64,000 nucleotides of DNA from Mobula hypostoma (lineage: Eukaryota): positions 164,922,001-164,986,000 of the forward strand of contig NC_086097.1 of assembly GCF_963921235.1 (NCBI RefSeq), in the 5' to 3' direction. Below are positions 27,401 through 39,639 of the stretch, piece after piece. Made by a program: the position numbers and the translations under genes. The notes under the pieces are model-generated. The model was not told the origin of the DNA and did not search any database. It saw only the letters and a list, made by a program, of their open reading frames with translations. Numbering within the stretch: position 1 is the stretch's first letter; every line of letters starts with the position of its first letter.

Positions 27401-29169
27401 AGATTCTTCCAGGATCTAGTAGACCATCTCCAAAGGAAGATATACTTGATTGACTTTGACAACTGTACACAGCACTCCAGGTGAGGTCCCTCCAAAACAC
27501 TAAACAACTGAAGGAAGCCCTGAGTAATCTTAATTGCATTGTCTTGCAGCAAAGACCAATCAACTACTCATTTTCCTAATTGCTAATGACAAGTACATTT
27601 CACAAGCTAACACATCAATTTTTATTTTATGCACTAGTATGTTTCTTAGAAAATCATCTGTTTTTCTATTCTTCCTACCAAAATGAAGAAGGTTATGAGG
27701 ATTGTTGGGTATTTATTAGGTATGAGACCCAGGACATGCACAAAGAATTCAGATCCATTTCAGCTAAGGTTGAACAATGGCAGAACAGCTCAAGGGATTG
27801 AGTGGCCTATCCCTGTTTCTATGCTTCAGAACAGGAGGAGCTGCAAGGAAACTCTGACCTGCAGCTCTAAACAGCTTCCAGTGTCATTGTATTTTATGGC
27901 TGAATATGTCAGGTTGTCAATACAGCAAATATGTTCCCACTTCTCATTTTAATGGTTTACAGAGTGCCCCATGTTACAAAAAAAACAATTATTTTAATTG
28001 TATTTAATTCTACTGTAATAATTTAGAAGCAAAATCTATTAAATCTGACACAAGACACTGAATTGCACCCAACGATGACTCACTTTCCTGATGAACAAAC
28101 AACAGCCAGTGACTGAGCAGATTAACAATATCATCTGCTTAATAGCACTAGCAAGAGCATGCACTGTCCTTATGGTCGGGTCCCATCTGAATGGGATCTG
28201 TCAGTCACAAGCAGTGAATGCTTTTCAATATGTATTAGGCTCTAAGGCCCCATTGTCTCCTGCAGCAGAACTAACAAGTCCCACTTACACAGGATAAAGA
28301 CACACCACTAGTCTATAGTGAGCCCAAGAGCTAATTTATGATTAATTAGTAGATTTTTTACAATATGGAATTGAAAATTGATTTGTATGTATAATATTAG
28401 TAAATAAATACAGAAACGTTGGAGTCTCGCGGTGAAATGGTGCTGTGTGGTCAGAATTCAGTCACATGCTGGGGATTGGTGTATTCTCCAGCTGTATGCA
28501 AATGAGAATTTCTGGTAGACTCAAGTAAAAAGGGAAAAGAAAATCACCATGACCCTCCTGCATAATCCACAGTGACAGTCGAGCAGACTTGTAGATGATC
28601 TGGCCTCCCGCAGATCGTTTTAATAAAGTTGTTATGGCAACATGCCTGCATGACAGACCAAGCGATTGCTTTCTATCTATTCCCTTTAAATAGTCTATAT
28701 TGGTTTCCCAATTCCTCTCTTGGTCAGCAGTCAGCTCAGTTAATGAGAAAAGGGAAGTAGATTAATGGGGACATTAGTTGCAATAAAGTTTCAGTAGCAA
28801 TCTCCCCTAATGATGTGCTGCAGCTTGAGGGTAGATTTAAAGGGCAATGGTGTGAAATTGACAAACCAGTTTAATAAAATCAATGAACCTGGGTATTAGG
28901 CATGTCCTCACAGCTAGGCTCAGAATAAAACACTGAATTCCTGAAGGTAAGTGCCAAATTCCCCAGTGGCTGATTCATTCACGGGGCAGCATCCTTGGTG
29001 CAGGAGGACACACAAACCACATTCATTCAATCTTCAGGGAAACACATACAACTTCAGTATGTTCCATAGAAAAAGATGTTGAGAATTGAGCCTTTTTGAA
29101 CATGTACATACAAACATTCTGGTTTACTTTAAATGTTATCCAAAATCCAAAGTATGCTCACAACTTTCC

Positions 29170-29718
29170 ACAGGAGCACAATCAAGAATGTCCTGTCTGG
29201 CTACATCACTGTGTGGTACAGAATGTGCAGGGCATGAGACCTTAAGACCCTACAGAGGATCATCGTAACCACCGAGGATCATCAGGGTCTCCCTTCCCTC
29301 TATTTGTGACTTTTACTGGGAGAGTTGCAGATGAAGGGCCTGAAATATTGTTGATGATGCCTGTCACCCATCCCACAATCTCCTTGACCCACTAAAATCA
29401 GCAAGGCGGTACAGGAGCATCAGGATTAGGACTGCCAGACTGGGTAACAGCTTCTTCCCTCAGGCTCTGAGACTAATAGATACCCTGCGACTACCAAGGC
29501 TTTGTTACTAGGACAGCCAGCTGATTACTGATTACTGTTTACTTGTTACACAACATATATTTTGAATTACACTTTATTAACTTATTTATGGTAATATTCT
29601 GTTTTATGTGCTGTGCATGGTAAATTTTTTATTCATGCACCGTGGTCCAGAGGAACATTTGTTTTGTTTGGTTGTATATACGTACCGTCAGATGACAATA
29701 AACTTGAACTTGAACTTC
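29170..29718 (+). mobile_element. Rex1/Babar-type LINE 3' fragment
   Basis: Degenerate DACHPSHNLL...SARRYRSIR...RLGNSFFPQALR with tail AATAAACTTGAACTTGAACTT. Related remnants at 1-62, 30040-30380, 30530-30820, 37615-37970 and 56165-56500. Confidence 0.7.
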
Positions 29719-32700
29719 TTTCTCCCTAATACGCACACACACCAATAAAAGCAGCAGCCCTGAGCTGGATGGAATGAAAAAATATTGCAAAATGGAATCC
29801 CAACCCTTCTGATTGAAGGTAAGACAGCAAAAAGGCAAGCTACCAACCCTCTCCTAGGATACAGGGAGAAATGTACAAATTACAGTTAGGCCATGTACCT
29901 CGTATTTATCTCTATTTTAAATTTAACAATGCCACCAGCTCTCAGGAAAGTCAATGAACTGAGGGAAGCAAAGACTCCTGGATCCTCAAAGGGCTTCTCA
30001 CTTGATTGCAGGATCTAGTCTCCCTGCCTCCCCAATAACTCTATTCACTCTTCTCCCCTCTCTCGTTGGGCAGTAGGTACAAAGGCCTGAGAACACATAA
30101 CACCAGGCTCAAGGACAGCTTCTGTCCTGCTGTTATAAGACATTTGAACAGATCTCTCATACAGTATTCTAAAAGATAAACTCTTGATCTCCCAATCTAC
30201 CTCACTGAGGCACTTGATCTTCATTTATCTACCTCCACTGCACTTCCTCTGTAATTACAGCATGATATTCTGCATTGGTTTCCTTTAACTACTCCATATG
30301 CAAATATATGCATGATCTGTCTGGACGGCATACAATCAAGGGCTTTCCCCTATATCTTGGTAGAAGTGACAATAAGCCAAGTCACCCCAAGCTCTCTCAA
30401 TTTCCTCCACTGGGTCTCAGATATTAGTCCCACAGCCACCATGCAGCTCTTCTAGTTTCCTTCACAAACTATAACAATGAAGGAATGAAAATATGTTTCC
30501 AGCTAGGATGCTGTGTAAGGATGTTAGAGTTCAGGGAGCATCACCATCAAGGACATGCCATCTTTCCATTACTATCGTTGGGAAAAGATACAGGAGCCTG
30601 AAGACCAACACTCTGTGATTCAGAAACAACTTCTTCCCCACCTCTGTCAGATTTCTGAACTGGCCATGAACCCATGAACACTACCTCATTAATCTTTTTT
30701 TTCACATTATTTATTTTTGTAGTTTATAGTAATGTTATATCTTCGCACTGTACTACTGTCACAAAACAACAAATTCCATGTCACTGAGATCAGTGATAAT
30801 AAATCTGATTCTGGTTCCAGTGTGCCTGAATCACTGGAATTCAGAGATAATATCAACCAATTTCTCCCGGGATTAATAAAGTATGACTATGACTATAACA
30901 TTCTAGGAAGGATGTGGTTCTGCAATGCAAACTGAAAATGCTGGAAACACTCAGTAGGACAGGCAGCCTCTATGGAAGGAGAAAAAGAGCTACTATTCAA
31001 GGTCAAAGCCTTGGTTATCATCATACTTTGTACCTTTTGTAACTGTTCCTCTTTCCACAGCTGCAGCTTGGCCTGCAGTGTTTCCAGTGGCTCTTGTTTT
31101 TATTCCTTGTATCATTGTCCTTTCTAAGGGTAAATATTGCAAGTTTGGGAATTACCTTGGAGAGTCCATATTTCAGATGAACACGTTGATGTTCTGGTCA
31201 TAGCAGATGGTCCTCAATGTATAAACTTTCCTCAGGCAAGTGGAGCCTTCCCAGCCATAGCACTGTAATGCCTGAAATGGAAGAGAAGATTGATACCTCG
31301 GACCGGCAGTTCGTTTGCAGGGTAGTTCACCAAGCCTCGAGGTTAGGTCACAAACATTTCGTTACCGGTCGAGATGACATCATCACTGTGCAACTGAGTG
31401 CTGTTTCCACTGGGTGCTCGCGTTTATATTTGTCGGACTCATTCTGATTGGTTGGCTGTAGCACTGGCCACAAGTCTCCTCTGAGTCCTGTAGTGTTTAA
31501 TGATGGCAGAAAGACTTTTGGGACACACACAAATGCTGGAGTAACTCAGCACACAGCATTTTGTGCTTGTTCAGGAGATAAATGATTCATTGCAAAATAC
31601 TCCGTCTCTAATCTCTTTTTGTAACAATCTCATTTCTATTTGGTGCAGATATGTTGCTGGTCAGTGATAATCCCTAAAATCTACTTTGAAGTAATGGCCA
31701 TTACCTAGATTACGTGTGTGAAGCAGATCAGCCAAGGAGCTGCATTTGAAGCAGAACACTTATCAGGAAATATTCTGCCTCGTTGCAGAGAGATTATGAA
31801 ACAGCTGTAACTGATTAAGTCTAATAAGGTGCCTTGAGGAACTCTTATATCAATGATCTTGGGCTAACATAGTTCACCACAACCATTGACCTTTTTCTGA
31901 CTCCAGTCAGTGGAGAACTTGTCATTGCTCATTTTGTTTCCCCTCCATCCTAATGGCCGTCTCACCCCTTCCCTTCTCCTCCCCACCCACATGACCTACC
32001 TATCCAGTTCCTCTCCTCCTCCTGTTCAAGTCGAATTTGAATAAAACTTGGGAGACCAGCTTCTTATAGTTACAACAGTTTACTGCACACCCTCTTGCAG
32101 GAATTTGAGACCCAGTTGTCAGAGAGAAGGCACGTAAGTACTGCCACCATTCAACAAGTGGGCCTGTTCCTTCAGGTTACAGCCGTATATTTATACATCG
32201 TAAGCCCCATACATTACTGTTGCAAGATGTTATTCGAACCGTTACACCCACCAAGTCTGTTGGTGCAAAACTTAGTTACAGATAAGACAGTCCGTTAAAT
32301 CAAGGCTTAATTACAGATGGATGTTCATTCCTGTCCTTATCAGTGAGTCCTCCTCCTCCTACCCAAACGAGGGTACAATGTACAATGTTATCAAACTCTC
32401 AATGTCTCTCTGCAAGCCGGGAGAACTTAGCTGACTGCTGAAGGCAGAGTTTACTTCAGTTCAAAAATTCCTATTCAGTCCCAATTATTCTTTCAGCTGG
32501 AGGTTACATAGGTTCAAAATGACTTTTTTATATCCTCAATTCTTCACTTCCTTTTTTTCCATCATTCTCTGTCCTCTCCTGTCAAATTCCTTCTTCTTCA
32601 AACTTTTACCTCTTCCACGTATCACCTCCCAGCTTCTTCATTCTCCCCTGCCCCCAGCCACCCATCTTCTCCCTCACCTGTTCTCACCCATCACCTGTAG

Positions 32701-32762
32701 GCATATACTCCTCCCCTTCCCCCCCCCCACCTTCTCATACTGGCTTCTGCCCCCTTCCTTCC

Positions 32763-32800
32763 CAGTCCTGATGAAGGGTCTTGGCCTGAAACATTGACTG
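32763..32800 (+). ncRNA. Minimal hammerhead ribozyme motif in a PLE pLTR (remnant about 31930-32850)
   Basis: CAGTC-CTGATGA-AGGGTCTTGGCCT-GAAA-CA-TT-GACTG. Confidence 0.62.
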
Positions 32801-33266
32801 TTTATTTCCCTCCATAGATGCTGCCTGACCTGCTGAGTCTCCCAACCTCTCATTCGCTGCTGCCAGAGGAAGATGTCTGCATGTGACAGTCTCTCTCTCT
32901 CCCTTTTGCTCACTGCTCCTGAAAGAAAGTCCGTGTTCAAATGGTCTCTCTTTCCGTCAATCCTGTCAGAGGATGGTGCCAAAGTTTGAGGTTTGCGATT
33001 TGTGATTTGTACTCTCGCTCATGTTATGATGTGTTTCGGGGTTTCCGGACACTCCTTTTTTTTGCTGCTATTCTGGGTGATTTTGAATCTGGGCAGCCTG
33101 CAGATAACGATCACTGAGCTGAACTGAATATGCTGGGATTCTTTCAATTTTGCGTTTTATATTCTGTGTAAATCGCTCGTTTTCCTTTCTTGCTGTTTGT
33201 GTGATTTTTTTTGCATGTTGGGGGGTGTTTGATGTTTTTCTTTGAACAGGTTTCATAGTTTTCTTT

Positions 33267-34722
33267 AACACAAAATAATCTGCAGATGCTGGGGTCAAAG
33301 CAACACTCACAACACGCTGGAGGAACTCAGCAGGTCGGGCAGCATCCGTGGAAACGATCAGTCAACGTTTTGGGCCAGAACCCTTCGTCAGGACTGTAGG
33401 GGGAAGGGGCAGAGGCCCTTTAAGGAAGGTGCGGGGAGGGTGGGAAGGAGAAGGCTGGTAGGTTCCAGGTGAAAAACCAGTAAGGGGAAAGATAAAGGGG
33501 TGGGGGAGGGGAAGCAGGGAGGGGATAGGCAGGAAAGGTGAAGAAAGAATAGGGGAAAACATAATGGGTGTAGAAGGAGGTGGAACCATGAGGGAGGTGA
33601 TAGGCAGCTGGGGGATGGGGCAGAGTGACATAGGGATAAAGGAAGGGAGGGGGAGGGAATTACCGGAAGGTGGAGGATTCTATGTTCATACCAAGGGGCT
33701 GGAGACTACCTAGACGGTATATGAGGTGTTGCTCCTCCAACCTGAGATTAGCCTCATCATGGCAGTAGAGGAGGCCATGTATGGATATATCTGAATGGGA
33801 GTGGGAAGCAGAGTTGAAGTGGGTGGCTGCTGGGAGATCCTGTCTGTTGTGGCGGACGGAGCGGAGGTGCTCGACGAAGCGGTCCCCCAATCTGCGTCGA
33901 GTTTCACCGATGTAGAGGAGGCCGCACTGGGAGCACCGGATGCAATAGATGACCCCAACAGACTCACAAGTGAAGTGTTGCCTCACTTGGAAGGACTGTT
34001 TGGGGCCCTGAATAGTGGCAAGAGAGGAGTTGTAGGGACAGGTGTAGCACTTGCATTTACAGGGATAAGTGCCGGGTGGGAGATCCGTGGGGAGGGACGT
34101 GTGGACCAGGGAGTCACGGAAGGACTGATCCCTGTGGAAGGCAGAGAGGGGTGGAGAAGGAAAGATGTGCTTAGTGGTGGGGTCCTGTTGAAGGTGGCGG
34201 AAGTTGCGGAGGATAATGTGCTGGATCCGGAGGCTGGTGGGGTGGTAGGTGAGGACAAGGTGAACTCTGTCCCTGTTGCGGTGGCGGGAGGATGGGTGAG
34301 GACCGAAGTGCGGGAAATGGAGGAGATACGGGTGAGGGCATCATTGATCTTCCCACCCCGTCACATGCAAAAACGCCATTCCCTATTCCCAGTTCCTCTG
34401 TCTCCGCCGCATCTGCTCCGAGGATGAGGCTTTCTGTTCCAGGACATCTCAAATGTCCTCTTTCTTTAAGGATCGTTGTTTCCCTTCTGCCGTCATCAAT
34501 GATGCCCTCACCCACATCTCCTCCATTTCCCACACTTTGGCCCTTACTGGTTTTTCACCTGGCACCTACCAGCCTTCTCCTTCCCACCCTCCCCTCACCT
34601 TCTTTATAGGGCCTCTGCCCCCTCCCTCTACAGTCCTGACGAAGGGTTCCGGCCCGAAATGTCGACCGATCTTTTCCACGGATGCTGCCCGACCTGCTGA
34701 GTTCCTCCAGCGTGTTGTGAGT
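33267..34722 (-). mobile_element. Young Penelope-like insertion with inverted structure and 17-bp TSD
   Basis: Minus arm 33267-34346 carries an open GIY-YIG C-terminus (33660-33986: GVIYCIRCSQCGLLYIGETRRRLGDRFVEH). Plus arm 34347-34722 carries an RT C-terminus (SHPVTCKNAIPYSQFLCLRRICS) and a pLTR. TSD GTTTCATAGTTTTCTTT at 33250-33266 and 34723-34739. Confidence 0.92.
34631..34668 (+). ncRNA. Minimal type-I hammerhead ribozyme motif in a PLE pLTR
   Basis: CAGTC-CTGACGA-AGGGTTCCGGCCC-GAAA-TG-TC-GACCG: stem I, conserved core, stem II, GAAA, GUC triplet. The reverse-strand sibling is at 33359-33396. Confidence 0.72.
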
Positions 34723-35194
34723 GTTTCATAGTTTTCTTTGTTTCCTGGCTGTTTGTAAGGAAGATGAACAAATGTACTTTGAATCTTTGAGTTCCTCAAG
34801 AATTTTGTGTTTGTTATGATGACCTTCCTTTGATCTGTTAAGGGATGCCTTGATGTTAAGGGCAGTTGCTCTCATCCCTTCCCCATTCAGCTGGTTTGTC
34901 TAGTTTATCTTGAAGGTTGTAATGAAGCCTGAAGCTGAACAATCTTGGTAAAAAGCAAACTGAATACTGATGAGCAGGTCGTTCATAAGTAAGTACTGCT
35001 CAAGAGCACTGTTGAGCAGTAATTGACCAGATTTATCTTGCCTGCTTCTGCTGCTGGTTGTAACTGTGATACATCAGTTTAGCTAGAGGTGCACTGTTTA
35101 TCACTGCACACCAGCTACCCAGACAGTTCTCAGTAACATGAAATTAATCGAAGCTGCTGAAGTCTGGGAACTGAGGTCCTGGGGACACCGAACA

Positions 35195-35735
35195 TAGAAC
35201 ATAAGACAGTATAGCACAGGAACAGGTTCTTTGGCCCATGATGTCTTCTGACCATGATACCAAATTAAAGCAAGCACATCTGCCTGCATGTATCCCTCCA
35301 CTCTGCATGTTCACGTGCTTGTTTAAATACCACTTAAATGCCATCTTCTTATGTGCTTCCACCACTACATCTGACAACCTGTTCCACTCACCCTCCACTC
35401 TGTAATAAAAAACCTACCCTGAACATCTCCAATAAACTGACCCCTCTCACCTTAAAGCTATATCCTCTAGTATTTGAATTTTGTACTCTGGGATGAAGTC
35501 TATGAATATCTATCCTTCCTATGCCTCTTATAATTTTATAAAACTTTATCTGAGCTCCCCTCAGCATGCAATGCTCCAGAGAAAACAATCCAGGTTTGTC
35601 CAACAACTTCTTATAGTTCATACCCTCTAATCCAATCAGCATCCTGGTGAATCTCTTCGGCATCCTCTCCAAAGTCTTCACCATAATGCAACAACCATAA
35701 TTGCACACAGTATTCCAAATGTAGCCTAACCAAAG
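35195..35735 (-). mobile_element. CR1-type LINE 3' fragment
   Basis: LERMPKRFTRML...LFSLE...NTRGYSFKVRG with a short repeated tail. Confidence 0.8.
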
Positions 35736-36327
35736 ATGCCGGAGGAAATCAAGATGGATTATCAACTGATCACGGACTGGATATGCTGAAGGCCATGTTT
35801 CTGTACTATATACTTTTCTATGGCTCTGTAACTGCAAATACTACAGACTTTTGTATGCATGCACTGACCTCTAGCATTATTCTGCATGGGATTGCTGAGA
35901 GACATGGAGTCGTAGAGCTGTATAGTTCAGATACAGGCTCTCAGCCCATTGTGTCTACACCAATCATTTTCCTCATTTACATTACTCTTTATGTACTACC
36001 CTTATTCGTATTCCCAAAATATATCATATTTCTCTGGTTGGGAATACACTTCATCTGCAAATGTTCCATCCAACTAATCAATACATGGCTGTATCATTAG
36101 ACAACATTCCTCATTATTGACAGCACCACCAACTTCCCTGTCATCCACAACTACTCTCATCATACCTCCTACGTTGTGAATCCTCCACCCTAAGTAGGCA
36201 ACACCATCACAAGTGGATGGCACAGGAACATGGAACACTGATCCATTGGTTATGGAATTGTTTGCTGCTTCTTCTCTTTAGCACATATGTACATCAAATC
36301 TCAGAACAACATCTTAGCAAACTTGAG

Positions 36328-36595
36328 TAGCACAAAATGCTAGAGCAACTCAGCAGGTCTGGCAAAATCTATGGAGGAAATTAAACAGTCAGCATTTCAG
36401 AATGAAACCCTTCATCAGGACTGGAAAGGAAGGGGACAGGAGCCAGAAAAAGAAAGTGGGGGAAAGGGTCCAAGGGGCAGGTGAGAAGTAAAACCAGGAG
36501 AGGGGGAAGTTAGGTGGGTGAGGCTGTAGGGATGCTATGAGAAGCTGGGAAATGACTGGTGGAATTTCTGGGTATCTGCAGAATCTATTGAGTCT
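36328..36595 (-). mobile_element. PLE pLTR fragment
   Basis: CACAAAATGCTAGAGCAACTCAGCAGG...CCCTTCATCAGGACTGG, the reverse complement of the pLTR/hammerhead motif. Confidence 0.75.
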
Positions 36596-38519
36596 CTATT
36601 AGGAAAATGATTTCTTTAAGTCCAGCAATTTGTGTGATGGTTTCAAAAAATCTGCTAATATTCCTCAGAAAACAGATTCTGTCACTCTTGTATGGTCTTA
36701 CTTTCCCTGAATCCAAATCCCAGCTAAATTGTCTTTTCTTAATACACTTCAAAGTGGCCCAGCAAACTGACTAGATGATAGGACACAGGCTGCAGCCGTC
36801 CATTGAATGATAAATAATTTCTCATCTCCCCCATTCTGAAACCAATACTGAGCAAGAGAATCAACAAAAAACATTTGGAAAATAAATGGGACTGGAGTAA
36901 TTTTAAATATGCAAAAGAATTGCTAATTAAGGGAATGACTATTTAATTATTCAAAAGAGCTCAATGGAAAGGGTCCTTGGAGAATTAGTATTAACAAATA
37001 TGTTAAGCACTTGTGTCACCTACAGTATAGTCATTAATAGAAATTGTTGCAGTTTCAATTTGCTTTGAAATTTGCCCACAGGAGGAAATATAAGAGGCTC
37101 TGATTAGTGTTTGATGCAATCAGCAGGAGTTCAGAACTCATTTTTGTTTATAATTGTTCATGAATGTGCGTCTTTTCAATTTTATTGCATGGAATTATCT
37201 GAGGACAAATGCGCCCACTGAGAAGACAAATTTCTGAAGGCAATCTATGAATGGTGTTGCAATGAGAAAATAAAGGGTTTAACTGTTCGTGCCAGAAGAT
37301 TTGGATCTGCATTCTAGGGCTGCCTGTCTAGAGAATGGTTCAAGGTTAACCTACCTGGTCACAAACCCACCAGACAGCTGCATCCTTATTAGGATTTTAT
37401 CTTTGACCCACTGCAAGGGATTGAATAATTTATACAATTAATGTGCTTGAGCTACACTTAGATTCACATTGTTAATTGAGTAACCAAGACAATTAGAGAG
37501 AGAATAAAAGACCAGGAACTTATCAATACAAAATATACTCTAAACTCAGAAAAACTAATAACTCAAAACTTATTCAATATGAGTCCTGAAGGGGAGGGAG
37601 GAACTGAAAGGTTATGATATTGATATTGATTTATTGTTTTCACATGTACAAAAATGCACTGAAAAGCTTGTCTTGCATACTTATACAGACCAAATCGCTG
37701 TCCAGTACATTGAATTAGAATCAGGTAAAACAATAGAAATGCAGAATAAACTGCAATGTAGGCCAACAATAAAGTGCAATATATAACCAGGTAGATGTTG
37801 AGGCCAAGAGTCCATTTATCCTATGAGGTCCTTTCAAGAGTTTGATAACAGTGGGATAGAAGCTGACATTCAGCCTGGTGGTACATGCTTTCAGGCTTTC
37901 GTATCACCTACCTGATGGGAGAGGAGGTTTAGGAAATGTCTGGGATAGATGGTGTCTTTGATTATGCTGTCTGGGGAAAGTACAAAGGGGTAATGTTCGC
38001 CATCTGTACTGTTACATTCTTTGTGACAAATGGAGGCGTTTCACACAAAGCAACTTCAGCTAACTTTGGACAAGCAGATTAAGCACACTTGGTTTATACA
38101 CACAAACATAGATCCTTAATGCTCAATGAATATTGGAGGGGATAGCTATTTTGCAACTTTCCTCCTCCTCTGTAAGGACTCCCATTGAACTGAAAGTATG
38201 CTGAAACATGCACTGACAATAAATTATTCAGCTAATGTTTGTTCACATTAACAGTGAAAGAAATTCTAAAGCTAAGTTTGCTATAGTGCTGATGATTGGA
38301 GCTTTAACTCCTAGGTGGATCTAGGATCCTGTCCAAGAAAGTTTTCATTGTTGAAGTCAGTTTGAAGCTGAATATATAATCAGAATTCCAGGGCAAAAGA
38401 TCTTTCTTCCCGATAGTGTTACAGTTAAGACAAATATTAAAATTACAAAGCCATCAATTGTATAGATGACTATAAATGTATTCAGAACAGCTGTTAAAAT
38501 AATGGACGAATGTTTGATT

Positions 38520-39222
38520 GGTGTGCTGTAAGTGATAGGTAAACCAAGGAGGTTCAGGAGGAGCCGGTGGGGAGGGGGTGTGGTGGAGTTGGGAGACAGA
38601 GGGAGGTGCGTGATAAATGGTAGTAGAAGAGGGGGGAAGGACAGATGGAACTATGAGGGGTAGTGAAGGTGAAGAGAGGGTCTGGAGTGTGATATATGAG
38701 GACAGAAAAGCTAGGAGTGCTGGAATCTGATAAGAAAGGAAGGTGACAATGGTAATGATTAAGGGTGAGATGAAGGGCAGATGGAACCAGATGGGGAGAG
38801 GTTAAACAGTGGGGAGGGTGTGGGGTTAGTAGGTAGATGACTCAGGAAAAGGGAAAAGGGGTGGGAGTTGGGGTGGGAAGTGTGGGAAAAGGAATGGAAA
38901 CCGAAGGAGTGAAGGTGGATTGAAAGAGAGAGGGGGAACACTGGAGGTAAAGACCAACTGAAATTGGAAATTTCTGTGTTCATACAACTGAGTTGTAGAC
39001 CACCCGGTTCGAATATGAGGCTTGGTCCTTCCAGATTGCATTAGGTCTAATCCTGGCAGAGGAGGAGGAGGACAAGGACAGGCAAGTCAGTGTGGAAGTA
39101 GGGAGGCGAGTTGAAAGGACATACAAATGGGAACTCGGGATGGCCATTACAAACAGTGCAAGCACTCTGCAAAGGAATCACATAGCTGTGCTTGATCTCG
39201 CTGATGTAGAGGAGGCCACATC
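38520..39222 (-). mobile_element. Old PLE 3' fragment
   Basis: Degenerate GIY-YIG C-terminus and a purine-rich spacer similar to 1140-1800. Confidence 0.65.
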
Positions 39223-39639
39223 TGTAATCATTTGGGCCTTCGTGTAAACTGTAACTATGATTTATGATATAGACTTGTTACTGAGGTTTGTGTGAACGAA
39301 GTCTATTTACTTTGTTGTCACCCCCAAGATATGGGGCAGATCAGAATCATACTCAATCCTAAAAAGGAAATAAACAGTTTTTCAGATTGAAGTGTACTGA
39401 CACAGCAATAAATAGCATCATAGCACTGTGGATAAGAGAACTGGAAAATGAAATATTGCTGCAAACCTTGAAAGGAATTTAGTTGCTTTAATGGACGGGA
39501 GCATTAAATGACTTTGAAAGATCCTACAAAACAAATAAATAGCCTGAGATATTTCAATTTTCAGATAAAGGAATGCTGAAGGATGATGTAAAAGGCCTAT
39601 GGAATTAACTGTATTTGTAATTGGTAAGTTCATTACATG

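Noticed and set aside
33795..34427. 210-aa plus-strand ORF
   Set aside because: It is the antisense reading of PLE coding sequence.
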